Shown here in pieces: positions 17,021 to 26,712 of a DNA stretch of 32,000 bases. The stretch is from an uncultured Opitutales bacterium (lineage in GTDB: Bacteria; Verrucomicrobiota; Verrucomicrobiia; Opitutales; Intestinicryptomonadaceae). The notes under the pieces were generated by a model that saw only the letters and a program-made list of their open reading frames with translations, searched no databases and was not told where the DNA came from. How positions within the stretch are numbered: the stretch's first letter is position 1; each line of letters opens with the position of its first letter. The position numbers and the translations under genes were made by a program. The DNA is taken from contig CAKUIA010000005.1 in assembly GCA_934660865.1 (NCBI GenBank), positions 60,001 through 92,000 on the forward strand, in the 5' to 3' direction.

Positions 17021-18274
17021 ATGAAAACAACAAAAGCTTCCGACTATCAATCGGCAAAAGAAATTTACGCCTCTTTGGGCGTAGACACCGAAAAGGCAAT
17101 ATCCAAGACTTTGGCAAACCCAATATCGCTGCAATGCTGGCAGGGCGACGATGTTGGCGGCTTCGAACGCGACGCTTCGCTTAGCGGCGGCATTGCAGTT
17201 ACCGGCAACTATATGGGCAAAGCCCGCACAATAGACGAACTTAGAGCCGACGCCGAGTTTGCGCTAAAGCTTATCCCCGGAAAAAACAGGTTTAGCCTGC
17301 ACGCCATTTACGGCGACTTTAACGGCAAGGCCCCCGAAAGAAACAAGATTGAACCGAAGCACTTCGAATCTTGGGTAAAGTGGGCAAAAAAGCTCGGAAT
17401 AGGCCTGGACTTTAACCCGACATTCTTTTCGCACCCGCTGGCGGCCGAAGGCTTTACCCTTAGCCACCCCGACAAGAAAATCAGGAATTTTTGGATTGAA
17501 CATGCAATAGCCTCGCGCAAAATCGGCGAATATATCGGCAAATCGCTAAAAGACACAACCTGCAACAATATTTGGGTTCCCGACGGCTTAAAAGACACCC
17601 CCGCCGACAGATTGAAGTTCCGCGAAAACCTAAAGGACAGTCTCGACAAGATTTTAAGCGTAAATATTTCGAAAAAATATAACCTCGACGCGGTAGAAAG
17701 CAAGCTGTTCGGCATCGGCAGCGAATCGTATGTGGTAGGCTCGCACGAATTCTACATGGGCTATGCCGTTAAAAACCAGATTATGCTGTGCCTCGACAGC
17801 GGGCATTTCCACCCCACCGAAACGATTTCCGACAAAATCAGCTCGGCGCTGCTTTTTGTGCCCGAAGTATTGCTGCATGTAAGCCGCGGCGTGCGTTGGG
17901 ACAGCGACCACGTTGTACTCTTTAACGACGACACAAAGGCAATCTTCCAGGAAATTGTAAGGTACGGCTTTGAAAAGCGCGTACATGTAGGGCTGGACTT
18001 TTTCGACGCAAGCATTAACCGCATTGCGGCGTGGGTTGTGGGAGCCAGAAACACCAAAAAGGCAATGCTTTCGGCGTATCTCGAACCGCAGAAAATCCTT
18101 AAAGAAGCCGAAAAACGCTTCGATTTTACAACGCGTTTGGCAATTTCCGAAGAGGCAAAAAGCCTTCCCTTCGGCGCCGTTTGGGACGAACTTTGCCGCA
18201 GGGCGAAAGTTTCGGCCGACTGGTTCGAAAAGATAGAAGACTACGAACAAAACGTGCTCGCCTCGCGCAAATAG
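17021..18274 (+). CDS. rhaA: L-rhamnose isomerase
   Basis: 417 aa, colinear with E. coli RhaA as I remember it. Matching blocks are CWQGDDVGGFE, TGNYMGKAR, KIEPKHFESWVKWAK, LDFNPTFFSHPLAAEGFTLSH, AVESKLFGIGSESY, DSGHFHPTE, RWDSDHVV and LDFFDASINRIAAWV. Confidence 0.9.
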   Translation: MKTTKASDYQSAKEIYASLGVDTEKAISKTLANPISLQCWQGDDVGGFERDASLSGGIAVTGNYMGKARTIDELRADAEFALKLIPGKNRFSLHAIYGDFNGKAPERNKIEPKHFESWVKWAKKLGIGLDFNPTFFSHPLAAEGFTLSHPDKKIRNFWIEHAIASRKIGEYIGKSLKDTTCNNIWVPDGLKDTPADRLKFRENLKDSLDKILSVNISKKYNLDAVESKLFGIGSESYVVGSHEFYMGYAVKNQIMLCLDSGHFHPTETISDKISSALLFVPEVLLHVSRGVRWDSDHVVLFNDDTKAIFQEIVRYGFEKRVHVGLDFFDASINRIAAWVVGARNTKKAMLSAYLEPQKILKEAEKRFDFTTRLAISEEAKSLPFGAVWDELCRRAKVSADWFEKIEDYEQNVLASRK

Positions 18275-18297
18275 GACAAGATATTTTAAAAAAACAC

Positions 18298-18331
18298 GGC
18301 GCAAAATCCGAAAGGGCTTTGCGCCTTTTTT
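18298..18331 (+). terminator. rho-independent terminator of rhaA
   Basis: GGCGCAAA pairs with TTTGCGCC as an 8-bp stem with a 12-nt loop. The hairpin is followed by TTTTTT. Confidence 0.8.
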
Positions 18332-18374
18332 GTTGTGTTTTTTGCGGCCGCTAGAATAATCTGCCCTAAAAATT

Positions 18375-18821
18375 ATGCCGCAAATTGTAGTGATACGCCA
18401 CCCGAGGGAAAACCTTAAAAAATGCTCGCTAAGAGGCCTTGAAAGCCGCGAAAACTTTGCCTTTTTTAAGGCAAAAGACGGCTTTTTGTTCGATGCTACA
18501 GGCTATATTCTTTTGCAGACAAACGCCCCCGAAATTTCCGAAAAAGACAAAGATATGCCCATTCTTTTGCTGGATTCAACCTGGGCGCTTCTGCCGAAAG
18601 TGCGAAATAAAATTTGCGGCAAGCCGATATTAAGGGGGTTGCCAAGCTCCATAAAAACGGCGTATCCAAGGGTCTCGAAAAGCGGCAACGACCCCCAAAA
18701 CGGTCTGGCCACCATAGAGGCGCTGTTTGCGGCGCTTTCGCTTAGCGGCCAACGCGACGAAAGCATACTGCAAAACTACGTCTTTAAAGATACATTTTTG
18801 CAGTTAAACAAAGGCTTGTAG
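18375..18821 (+). CDS. minimal Tsr3/DTW-type domain protein (putative SAM-dependent aminocarboxypropyl transferase)
   Basis: 148 aa. HPRENLKKCSLRGL resembles the Tsr3 H.DPK.CSGKKL block. LLDSTWALL carries the D-[ST]-W motif. GLATIEALFAAL resembles the Tsr3 LNCVEALAAC block. Confidence 0.55.
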   Translation: MPQIVVIRHPRENLKKCSLRGLESRENFAFFKAKDGFLFDATGYILLQTNAPEISEKDKDMPILLLDSTWALLPKVRNKICGKPILRGLPSSIKTAYPRVSKSGNDPQNGLATIEALFAALSLSGQRDESILQNYVFKDTFLQLNKGL

Positions 18822-18867
18822 CGACATTTTTGAAGGCAAAAATTTTTAATTTTTTGCGCTTTTTCGG

Positions 18868-18899
18868 TTGACACTTTTTAGGCATGCAAAAAATATATA
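18868..18899 (+). promoter_or_regulatory. candidate sigma70-type promoter of the atp operon
   Basis: Consensus TTGACA at 18868-18873, followed 17-20 nt later by the AT-rich AAATATATA (18891-18899). The ATG of atpB is at 18913. Confidence 0.4.
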
Positions 18900-18912
18900 C
18901 CAATATTGTTAT

Positions 18913-19839
18913 ATGAAAATGACCCCGCTAAAAAAAGCTTTAATCTTGGCGGTTTCGGCCGCGCCGAGTTCGCTTTTCGCCTCCGAAAGCGTCAAGGGCG
19001 AGTATATCGACATCTTCGGGGCGCATATCACAAACTCGATGTTTACAACCGCCCTTTGCGCGGTGGCCATTGTGCTTTTGCTTAGGCTTATGATAGGCAA
19101 ATCGGCAAAGCTGGTTCCCTCTAAAGGGCAGCTTGTAATAGAAACTTTTATAGACGCGCTAAAAAACATAATGCAGCCCATAATGGGCGGCAGGGCCTTT
19201 AACGCGGCATTCCCCCTTTTGCTGGGCATATTCGCATACATACTTTTAAACAACTGGAGCTCGCTTTTGCCCTTTGTAGGCACTATCTTCGACATAGAAA
19301 GCGTAAAGATTTCGCCCGACCAGGCCGCGCAGTTTAAAGAGGCCGGCTACGCGATTTCGCAGTGCGGCGACGCGCTTTTTGCAAAAAAATTCGTGCCCCT
19401 TTTTAAGCCCGCAAATTCCGACTTAAACTCTACATTGGCGCTGGCGATAATCTCCTTTGTAGCGTGGTTTTACTACGTTATGCGCTATGCGGGGCCGAAG
19501 GCTTTGTATAAAGACTGGTTCGGCAACAAGGCCAACCGCGCCGAGGTTAACGCGCCGTTTTACTTTGCAATGTTCGGCATATTCTTCTTTGTCGGGTGCG
19601 TAGAGGTTATCTCGGCGGTTATGCGCATTGTTTCGCTTTCGTTCAGGCTTTTCGGCAACAACTTCGGCGGCGAAAGCCTTATGGCGAACATGTCGGAAAT
19701 GTTTATTTCGTTCCCATTCTATTTTCTGGAACTTTTGGTGGGGCTTGTTCAGGCGGCAATATTCACATTGCTTACCGCAATATACATAGGCCTTATAACC
19801 GGACACGAGGAAACTTCACACGAACAGATTTCACATTAA
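18913..19839 (+). CDS. atpB: F0F1 ATP synthase subunit a
   Basis: 308 aa from ATG 18913. The essential Arg motif is LSFRLFGNNFGGE, and multiple TM segments are present. It is the first gene of the atpBEFHAGDC order. The TTG start at 18868 coincides with the promoter -35 and was rejected. Confidence 0.85.
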   Translation: MKMTPLKKALILAVSAAPSSLFASESVKGEYIDIFGAHITNSMFTTALCAVAIVLLLRLMIGKSAKLVPSKGQLVIETFIDALKNIMQPIMGGRAFNAAFPLLLGIFAYILLNNWSSLLPFVGTIFDIESVKISPDQAAQFKEAGYAISQCGDALFAKKFVPLFKPANSDLNSTLALAIISFVAWFYYVMRYAGPKALYKDWFGNKANRAEVNAPFYFAMFGIFFFVGCVEVISAVMRIVSLSFRLFGNNFGGESLMANMSEMFISFPFYFLELLVGLVQAAIFTLLTAIYIGLITGHEETSHEQISH

Positions 19840-19872
19840 AAAAAACAATCATAAAAAAGAAAGTTAACTATT

Positions 19873-20085
19873 ATGACAAACTTGACATTACTTGCCGAAA
19901 TTACTGGTAGCATACAGGGCGCATTGGGTTGCTTGGGCGCGGCATTGGGCGTAGCCTTTGTAGGCATGAAGGCGGTAGACGCAGTGGGCAGAAACCCCGG
20001 TGCCTCAGGCAAAATCCTAACACAGGCCATTTTGGGTATGGCATTGGCCGAAGCCGTTGCCTTCTACGCAATATTCCTTAAATAA
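19873..20085 (+). CDS. atpE: F0F1 ATP synthase subunit c
   Basis: 70-aa hairpin proteolipid with loop GRNPGA and the ion-binding Glu in GMALAEAVAFY. Confidence 0.9.
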   Translation: MTNLTLLAEITGSIQGALGCLGAALGVAFVGMKAVDAVGRNPGASGKILTQAILGMALAEAVAFYAIFLK

Positions 20086-20094
20086 TTGCAAGCC

Positions 20095-20622
20095 ATGCAA
20101 GCCGTATTCGCTTCGGGCATAACCGAAATTTGCGACAAATTCGGGGTGAATATCCCCCTTTTGGCGGGCAACTGCATTACGTTTTTCGCGGTTGCGGCCG
20201 TGCTGTATTATTTTGTGTTTAAGCCCGTTATGGCAAAATCGGCCGAACGCATTTCGATTATAGAAAAGGGTCTAAACGACGCCGAAAAGGCAAAGGAAGC
20301 CCTGGCAAACTCGCAAAAAGACGCACAGCAGGCCTTGGCAAAGGCCGCCCAAAGCGCGGCAAAGATTGTTGCCGACGCCAAGGAAAGCGCAAACAAGGCC
20401 GCCGAGAAAATCGCTCAGGACGCCGCCGCAAAGGCTGCGGCCCTCGTTGCAGAATCCGAAAAGCGCGCCGATTTTGAGCGCGCAAAAATGCGCAGCGAGC
20501 TTATGTCGGAGCTGGGCGAACTTGTGTCGCAGGCGGCGGCAAAAGCCGTTGCCGACGTGCTAAGCGAGCAGCAAAAGGCGCAAATTGCCGAAAAGGCGGC
20601 CTCGTATATAGAAAAAGAATAG
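20095..20622 (+). CDS. atpF: F0F1 ATP synthase subunit b
   Basis: One N-terminal TM segment (ITFFAVAAVLYYFVF), then a long Ala/Lys/Glu-rich helix. The position between atpE and atpH supports the call. ATG 20095 was preferred over TTG 20086. Confidence 0.8.
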   Translation: MQAVFASGITEICDKFGVNIPLLAGNCITFFAVAAVLYYFVFKPVMAKSAERISIIEKGLNDAEKAKEALANSQKDAQQALAKAAQSAAKIVADAKESANKAAEKIAQDAAAKAAALVAESEKRADFERAKMRSELMSELGELVSQAAAKAVADVLSEQQKAQIAEKAASYIEKE

Positions 20623-20625
20623 GCG

Positions 20626-21006
20626 ATGGACGCAAAAAAACAGGCAAAGGTTCTCGAAAATTTCGCCCTCGACAACGACGGGTTTTTCGATCCGAAAAAT
20701 TGCGCCGAAGTTTTGGCGTATGTTGCAAGTTCGGACATGAGCGACACGAAAAAAACCGCCGTGCTTAAAGAGCTTTTGCGCCTTGCCGAAAAAAACGAAT
20801 TTGAGCGCACCTGCGTTATAGAGCACTGCGGCGAAATAGGCGAACAAACGACAAAGTCGCTTATGGATTTTGCCGAGAAAAAACTCGGCAGAAAACTGCA
20901 TTTTTGCAAACGCCAAAACGCGGAGCTTATTGCGGGCGTAAGATTACGCGCCGCCGACATGCTTTGGGAAAGCTCGGCGCAAAACGCCCTTAAAAATTTA
21001 AAGTAA
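20626..21006 (+). CDS. atpH: F0F1 ATP synthase subunit delta (OSCP), unusually short
   Basis: 126 aa in the delta slot between atpF and atpA. The C-terminal ELIAGVRLRAADMLWESSAQNALKNL resembles the OSCP motif LIGG..v..gd...D.S....L..L. Confidence 0.65.
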   Translation: MDAKKQAKVLENFALDNDGFFDPKNCAEVLAYVASSDMSDTKKTAVLKELLRLAEKNEFERTCVIEHCGEIGEQTTKSLMDFAEKKLGRKLHFCKRQNAELIAGVRLRAADMLWESSAQNALKNLK

Positions 21007-21012
21007 ACCAAA

Positions 21013-22548
21013 ATGAGCCAAATTACAAAAGACATTCAAGAGCAAATAAAGAAGATAGAGCTTAAATCCAGGCACGACTGTATCGGCAAGGTTCTTTCTA
21101 TAGCCGACGGCGTTGCCTCGCTAAACGGTTTGGGCAAAGTTATGTACAACGAAATGGTCGAGTTCGAAGGCGGGGCATTCGGCATGGCTTTGAATTTGCT
21201 TGAAGACAGAACCGACTGCGTAATTTTGGGCGATGCCGACAAAATAAAAGAGGGCGACACCGCAAAGACCACCGGCAGGCTGCTTAGCGTACCCGTTGGC
21301 ATGGGCCTTTTGGGCCGCGTTGTAGACGTTTTGGGACGCCCCTTAGACGGCAAAGGCGAAATTAAGGCCGACGAATTTTACCCCGTAGAAAAAATCGCCC
21401 CCGGCATTATTCCCAGAAAGAGCGTAGACCAGCCTTTGCAAACGGGCATTTTGGCGGTAGACTCGATGATTCCCATAGGCAGGGGCCAGCGCGAACTTAT
21501 TATCGGCGACCGCTCGACGGGTAAAACTTCCATTGCAATCGACACCATAATAAACCAGGCAAAGCTTAACAAAGAGGGCCTTGCCAAGGGCGACAAAGAC
21601 TTTCGCCCCGTATACTCGATTTATGTGGCAATAGGCCAGAAAAATTCGAACATTGTAAGGACAATTCAGCTTTTGGAAAAAAGCGGGGCTTTGGAATATA
21701 CCATTGTTGTGGCCGCCGCCGCCTCCGACAATGCGGCAAACCTTTACATTGCCCCCTATGCGGGCTGCGCAATGGGCGAATGGTTTATGGAACACGGAAA
21801 AGACGCCCTTATCGTTTACGACGATCTTTCGAAACACGCCGCGGCCTACCGCCAAATTTCGCTTATTTTGAAAAGACCTTCGGGCCGCGAAGCGTATCCT
21901 GGCGACGTATTTTACCTGCACAGCCGCCTGCTCGAAAGGGCCGCGCGCCTTAACGAAGAAAACGGCTCGGGCTCGCTGACGGCGCTGCCAATCATCGAAA
22001 CGCAGGCGGGCGACGTAAGCGCCTACATTCCCACAAACGTAATTTCGATTACCGACGGCCAGATATTTTTGGAAACCGACCTGTTTAACCAGGGCATAAG
22101 GCCCGCAATTTCGGTTGGCATTTCGGTTTCGCGCGTAGGGTCGGCGGCGCAAATTAAGGCGTTTAAGCAGGTTGCGGGCAAAATAAAGGGCGAATACGCC
22201 CAGTATAAGGAATTGGCCGCCTTTGCGCAATTCGGCTCGGACCTGGACGCAAGAACAAAGGCCACAATCGACAGGGGCGACAGGCTTGTGGAAATCTTAA
22301 AGCAGTCGAACTCGTCGCCGTATAAAACGGGCCTGCAGATTATAATTTTGTGGGCGTTGCAAAACGACTTTTTTGCCGACTTGCCCGTAAAGAGCGTGGT
22401 GGCCGCCTCCGACAATATGCGCGAATTTTTCGAGGGCCAAAGAGCCGATTTGATAGAAAAAATAGAAACGCAAAAGAAAATTTCCGACGAGCTTGCGCAA
22501 GAGCTTAAAGACGCGTGCGCGGTTTGGAAGTCGCAACTGGCAAAGTAG
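21013..22548 (+). CDS. atpA: F0F1 ATP synthase subunit alpha
   Basis: 511 aa with Walker A GDRSTGKT and blocks [44 protein letters not shown] and ITDGQIFLE. Confidence 0.95.
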   Translation: MSQITKDIQEQIKKIELKSRHDCIGKVLSIADGVASLNGLGKVMYNEMVEFEGGAFGMALNLLEDRTDCVILGDADKIKEGDTAKTTGRLLSVPVGMGLLGRVVDVLGRPLDGKGEIKADEFYPVEKIAPGIIPRKSVDQPLQTGILAVDSMIPIGRGQRELIIGDRSTGKTSIAIDTIINQAKLNKEGLAKGDKDFRPVYSIYVAIGQKNSNIVRTIQLLEKSGALEYTIVVAAAASDNAANLYIAPYAGCAMGEWFMEHGKDALIVYDDLSKHAAAYRQISLILKRPSGREAYPGDVFYLHSRLLERAARLNEENGSGSLTALPIIETQAGDVSAYIPTNVISITDGQIFLETDLFNQGIRPAISVGISVSRVGSAAQIKAFKQVAGKIKGEYAQYKELAAFAQFGSDLDARTKATIDRGDRLVEILKQSNSSPYKTGLQIIILWALQNDFFADLPVKSVVAASDNMREFFEGQRADLIEKIETQKKISDELAQELKDACAVWKSQLAK

Positions 22549-22557
22549 TTTTTTGTT

Positions 22558-23448
22558 ATGAAGGGCATGCGAGAAATCAGAAGCCGCATTAAGGCGGTGA
22601 AAAGCACGGGGCAGATAACCCATGCAATGCAGTTGGTTGCGTCTTCTAAAATGAAGCGCGCCCAGCAGCTGGCGCAGGCGGGTCGCGCCTACAATATGCT
22701 TTTGCTCGACATGATGGACACTTTAAACGACATGGGCGCATCTAAAGGCTACGACTACCCCATGCTTAAACCGCGCGAGGTAAAAAAGCGCTTGGTTATA
22801 GTGTTTTCGACCGACAAGGGGCTGTGCGGCCCGCTAAATTCGAACCTGTTTAGGGAAATTGCCGACATGGACAAAAACTGCGCCTTTATAGCCATAGGCA
22901 ACAAGGCCGCAAGATTTTTGTCGGCAACAAAGCGCGAGCTTTTGGCACACTTTAGCATTGGCGACAAAGTAAAGTTTTCGGAGCTAAAAAGCGTGGTAGA
23001 CTTTGCAATTTCGGAATATACAAACGGAAACTGCGACACGATAGAGGTTTTGTATCCGAACTTTATAAACACCTTAAAGCAGGATACCACCTTGCAAAAG
23101 ATTGTCCCTATAGACAATTTCGACGAACTGCTCGGCTCTTTAAAGAAAAAGTACAAATCTACCCTTACCTTGCACGACAAAGACGATAGGGAGCTTTTGA
23201 TAGAACCCTCTCCGAACGAATTGTTCAAGAAACTGGGCATTTACTACGTAAGGAACACAATCTACCAGGTGGCGCTAAACGCAAAGGCAAGCGAACAATC
23301 GGCCAGAATGGTGTCGATGAAAGCGGCCTCCGACAACGCCGACAACCTTATCGCCGAGCTTTCGCTTCAATACAACAAAGCCCGCCAGGAAAGCATTACA
23401 AACGAAATAGTGGAGCTTTCGGCGGGAATGACCCAATCGAAAAAATAA
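22558..23448 (+). CDS. atpG: F0F1 ATP synthase subunit gamma
   Basis: 296 aa. The N-terminus reads REIRSRIKAVKSTGQITHAMQLVASSKMKRAQ. The C-terminus reads YNKARQESITNEIVEL, typical of gamma. Confidence 0.9.
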   Translation: MKGMREIRSRIKAVKSTGQITHAMQLVASSKMKRAQQLAQAGRAYNMLLLDMMDTLNDMGASKGYDYPMLKPREVKKRLVIVFSTDKGLCGPLNSNLFREIADMDKNCAFIAIGNKAARFLSATKRELLAHFSIGDKVKFSELKSVVDFAISEYTNGNCDTIEVLYPNFINTLKQDTTLQKIVPIDNFDELLGSLKKKYKSTLTLHDKDDRELLIEPSPNELFKKLGIYYVRNTIYQVALNAKASEQSARMVSMKAASDNADNLIAELSLQYNKARQESITNEIVELSAGMTQSKK

Positions 23449-23453
23449 TTTAA

Positions 23454-24890
<1,437 letters not shown>

Positions 24891-24896
24891 CAAAAA

Positions 24897-25313
24897 ATGG
24901 CTCTAAAACTTGAAATTGTAAGCCCCACGGGCATTGCCTGGGAAAACGATTCGGTAGAATCGGTTACTCTGCCGCTTGTAGACGGCGAAATTCAGGTTTT
25001 GCCGGGGCATATACCCTTTTTGGCCATGCTCGACTCGGGGGCGCTAACGGTAAACTTTGGCGGCAAAAGCGAAGACTTGGCCGTAGACAGGGGCTTTGTG
25101 CGCCTTAGCGGCAACCTGCTTTCGGTGCTTACCGAAAACGCCATAAAGTTCGACGACATAGACCCAGACGCCGTGCAAAACGCCAAAGCCGCGGCGCAAA
25201 AGGCCCTGCAAGAGGCAAAAAACCGCCCCGATTTAGACCCCGAAGAAATCGAAAAACTTGAGGCCGCCGTAAAGTTTGCAATGGTGAAACTTGCAAACAA
25301 AAAGAGGCGTTAA
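24897..25313 (+). CDS. atpC: F0F1 ATP synthase subunit epsilon
   Basis: 138 aa. An N-terminal beta-sandwich (LKLEIVSP...LPGHIPFLAML) is followed by a C-terminal helical hairpin. It is the last gene of the operon. Confidence 0.85.
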   Translation: MALKLEIVSPTGIAWENDSVESVTLPLVDGEIQVLPGHIPFLAMLDSGALTVNFGGKSEDLAVDRGFVRLSGNLLSVLTENAIKFDDIDPDAVQNAKAAAQKALQEAKNRPDLDPEEIEKLEAAVKFAMVKLANKKRR

Positions 25314-25384
25314 AATAAAAGCTTGACGCAACGCCTTTTAAACCTAAATTCAGATAGCTTTAAAATTTACAAACAGGACATACT

Positions 25385-25564
25385 ATGGGACAACCAAAAC
25401 GCAAACAATCGAAACAGCGCACAAGAATCAGACGCGCTGCCAACAACTACGACCTGCCCGAATTCTCGAAAGACCCGACCGACGGCACTATGTTCAAACC
25501 CCACAGGGTTAACCCCGCAAACGGAATGTACCGCGGCAAGCAGGTTATAAGCACAAAGGTATAA
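25385..25564 (+). CDS. rpmF: 50S ribosomal protein L32 (not in the supplied ORF track because it is 59 aa)
   Basis: My own translation gives MGQPKRKQSKQRTRIRRAANNYDLPEFSKDPTDGTMFKPHRVNPANGMYRGKQVISTKV. It has the L32-type N-terminus (PKRK.SK.R...RRA), and its position immediately upstream of plsX-fabH is the classical arrangement. Confidence 0.8.
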   Translation: MGQPKRKQSKQRTRIRRAANNYDLPEFSKDPTDGTMFKPHRVNPANGMYRGKQVISTKV

Positions 25565-25585
25565 CTTAAAACAACCTAAGTTTTT

Positions 25586-25633
25586 AGCGGGTGTTGCTTT
25601 GCGGTTTTAACTTCAATAGCAATGCCCGCTTTT
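25586..25633 (+). terminator. imperfect hairpin with short U-run between rpmF and plsX (weak terminator or attenuator)
   Basis: AGCGGG (25586-25591) pairs with CCCGCT (25625-25630). An inner TTGCT/AGCAA pairing is also possible. Only TTTT follows the hairpin. Confidence 0.35.
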
Positions 25634-25662
25634 AATTTAAACAAAAGCACTTTCTTTGCATT

Positions 25663-26712
25663 ATGGGCGATAACGAAATAAGAATCGCAGTAGACGCTAT
25701 GGGTTCGGACATGGGGCCCGAAGAAGTTATCGCAGGGGTTTCGATGTTCCTTAAGGAGTATAAAGACCCCGTAAAGATAATATTGGCCGGCATAGAAAGC
25801 GAAATTGCGCCCATTGCGCAAAAAAACGGCATAGGCGATTTGGTGGAATTTTTGGACGCGCCCGAAGTGGTAAACATGGAAGACAAACCCATGCTTACTT
25901 TAAAGCGCAAAAAAAATTCGTCTATGCACATGGCCATAGACTACCTTAAAGAGAAAAAGGCAAACGCCCTTTTAAGCTGCGGCAATACGGGCGCGCTTAT
26001 GGCGGGGGGCACTTTAAAGCTGCGCCCCATGAAGGGTGTCGAACGCCCCGCTTTGGGCTCGGTAATTCCGTCTAAAGACCGCAGGTTTATTATGATAGAC
26101 GTTGGGGCAAACCCCAACCCGCGCGAATTGCACTATTTAAGCAACGCCGTTTTGGGCGCAAACTACGCAAAAATTGCCCTTAAAATAGAAAATCCCAAAG
26201 TCGGCCTTTTAACGATTGGCACCGAAGAGGGCAAGGGCAACGAAATCGTGCAAAAAGCGCACGAAATTTTAAAGAAAACGGCCCCCCTTATAAACCTAAA
26301 CTATGCGGGGCCCGTAGAGGGCTTTCAGGTTTTCGGCGGCGACTGCGATGTTATTGTGTGCGACGGCTTTACCGGCAACATTCTTTTAAAGAGTTGCGAG
26401 GGCCTTTTAAAGACGCTCGGCTCGCTTTTAAAGGAAGAGCTTACAAAAAATATTTTCAGAAAAATCGGAGCCGCCGTTTGCATGGGCGCCTTTAAGGCTA
26501 TGAAAGCCAGAATACCCGTAGAAAAGGTTTCGGGCGCGCCTCTTTTGGGCCTAAACGAGCTTATAATAAAGGGCCACGGCTCGAGCAACCGCCACCAAAT
26601 TTGCGGAGCTTTAAATGTTTGCGCACAATGCGTTAAAAATTCCCTAATAGATTCGATTAAGCAGGACATAGACAGCATTTCAAAAATATTAAATCCGAAT
26701 TCGGACGACTGA
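25663..26712 (+). CDS. plsX: phosphate acyltransferase PlsX
   Basis: 349 aa with blocks IAVDAMGSD.GPE, CGNTGALMA, VCDGFTGNILLK and IKGHGSS. Confidence 0.9.
   Translation: MGDNEIRIAVDAMGSDMGPEEVIAGVSMFLKEYKDPVKIILAGIESEIAPIAQKNGIGDLVEFLDAPEVVNMEDKPMLTLKRKKNSSMHMAIDYLKEKKANALLSCGNTGALMAGGTLKLRPMKGVERPALGSVIPSKDRRFIMIDVGANPNPRELHYLSNAVLGANYAKIALKIENPKVGLLTIGTEEGKGNEIVQKAHEILKKTAPLINLNYAGPVEGFQVFGGDCDVIVCDGFTGNILLKSCEGLLKTLGSLLKEELTKNIFRKIGAAVCMGAFKAMKARIPVEKVSGAPLLGLNELIIKGHGSSNRHQICGALNVCAQCVKNSLIDSIKQDIDSISKILNPNSDD

Noticed and set aside
18868-18912. TTG-initiated 15-aa N-terminal extension of atpB. Similar TTG starts are listed at 913, 14429, 20086 and 31020.
   Set aside because: The TTG at 18868 is the TTGACA -35 box of the likely atp promoter. 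In every case an in-frame ATG a few codons downstream gives a more typical N-terminus (signal peptide or conserved start).
25323-25550. 75-aa plus-strand ORF between atpC and plsX.
   Set aside because: It overlaps, in a different frame, a 59-codon ORF with a clear L32-type sequence in the expected rpmF-plsX-fabH position. The 75-aa product is Thr/Asn/Pro-rich with no motif.
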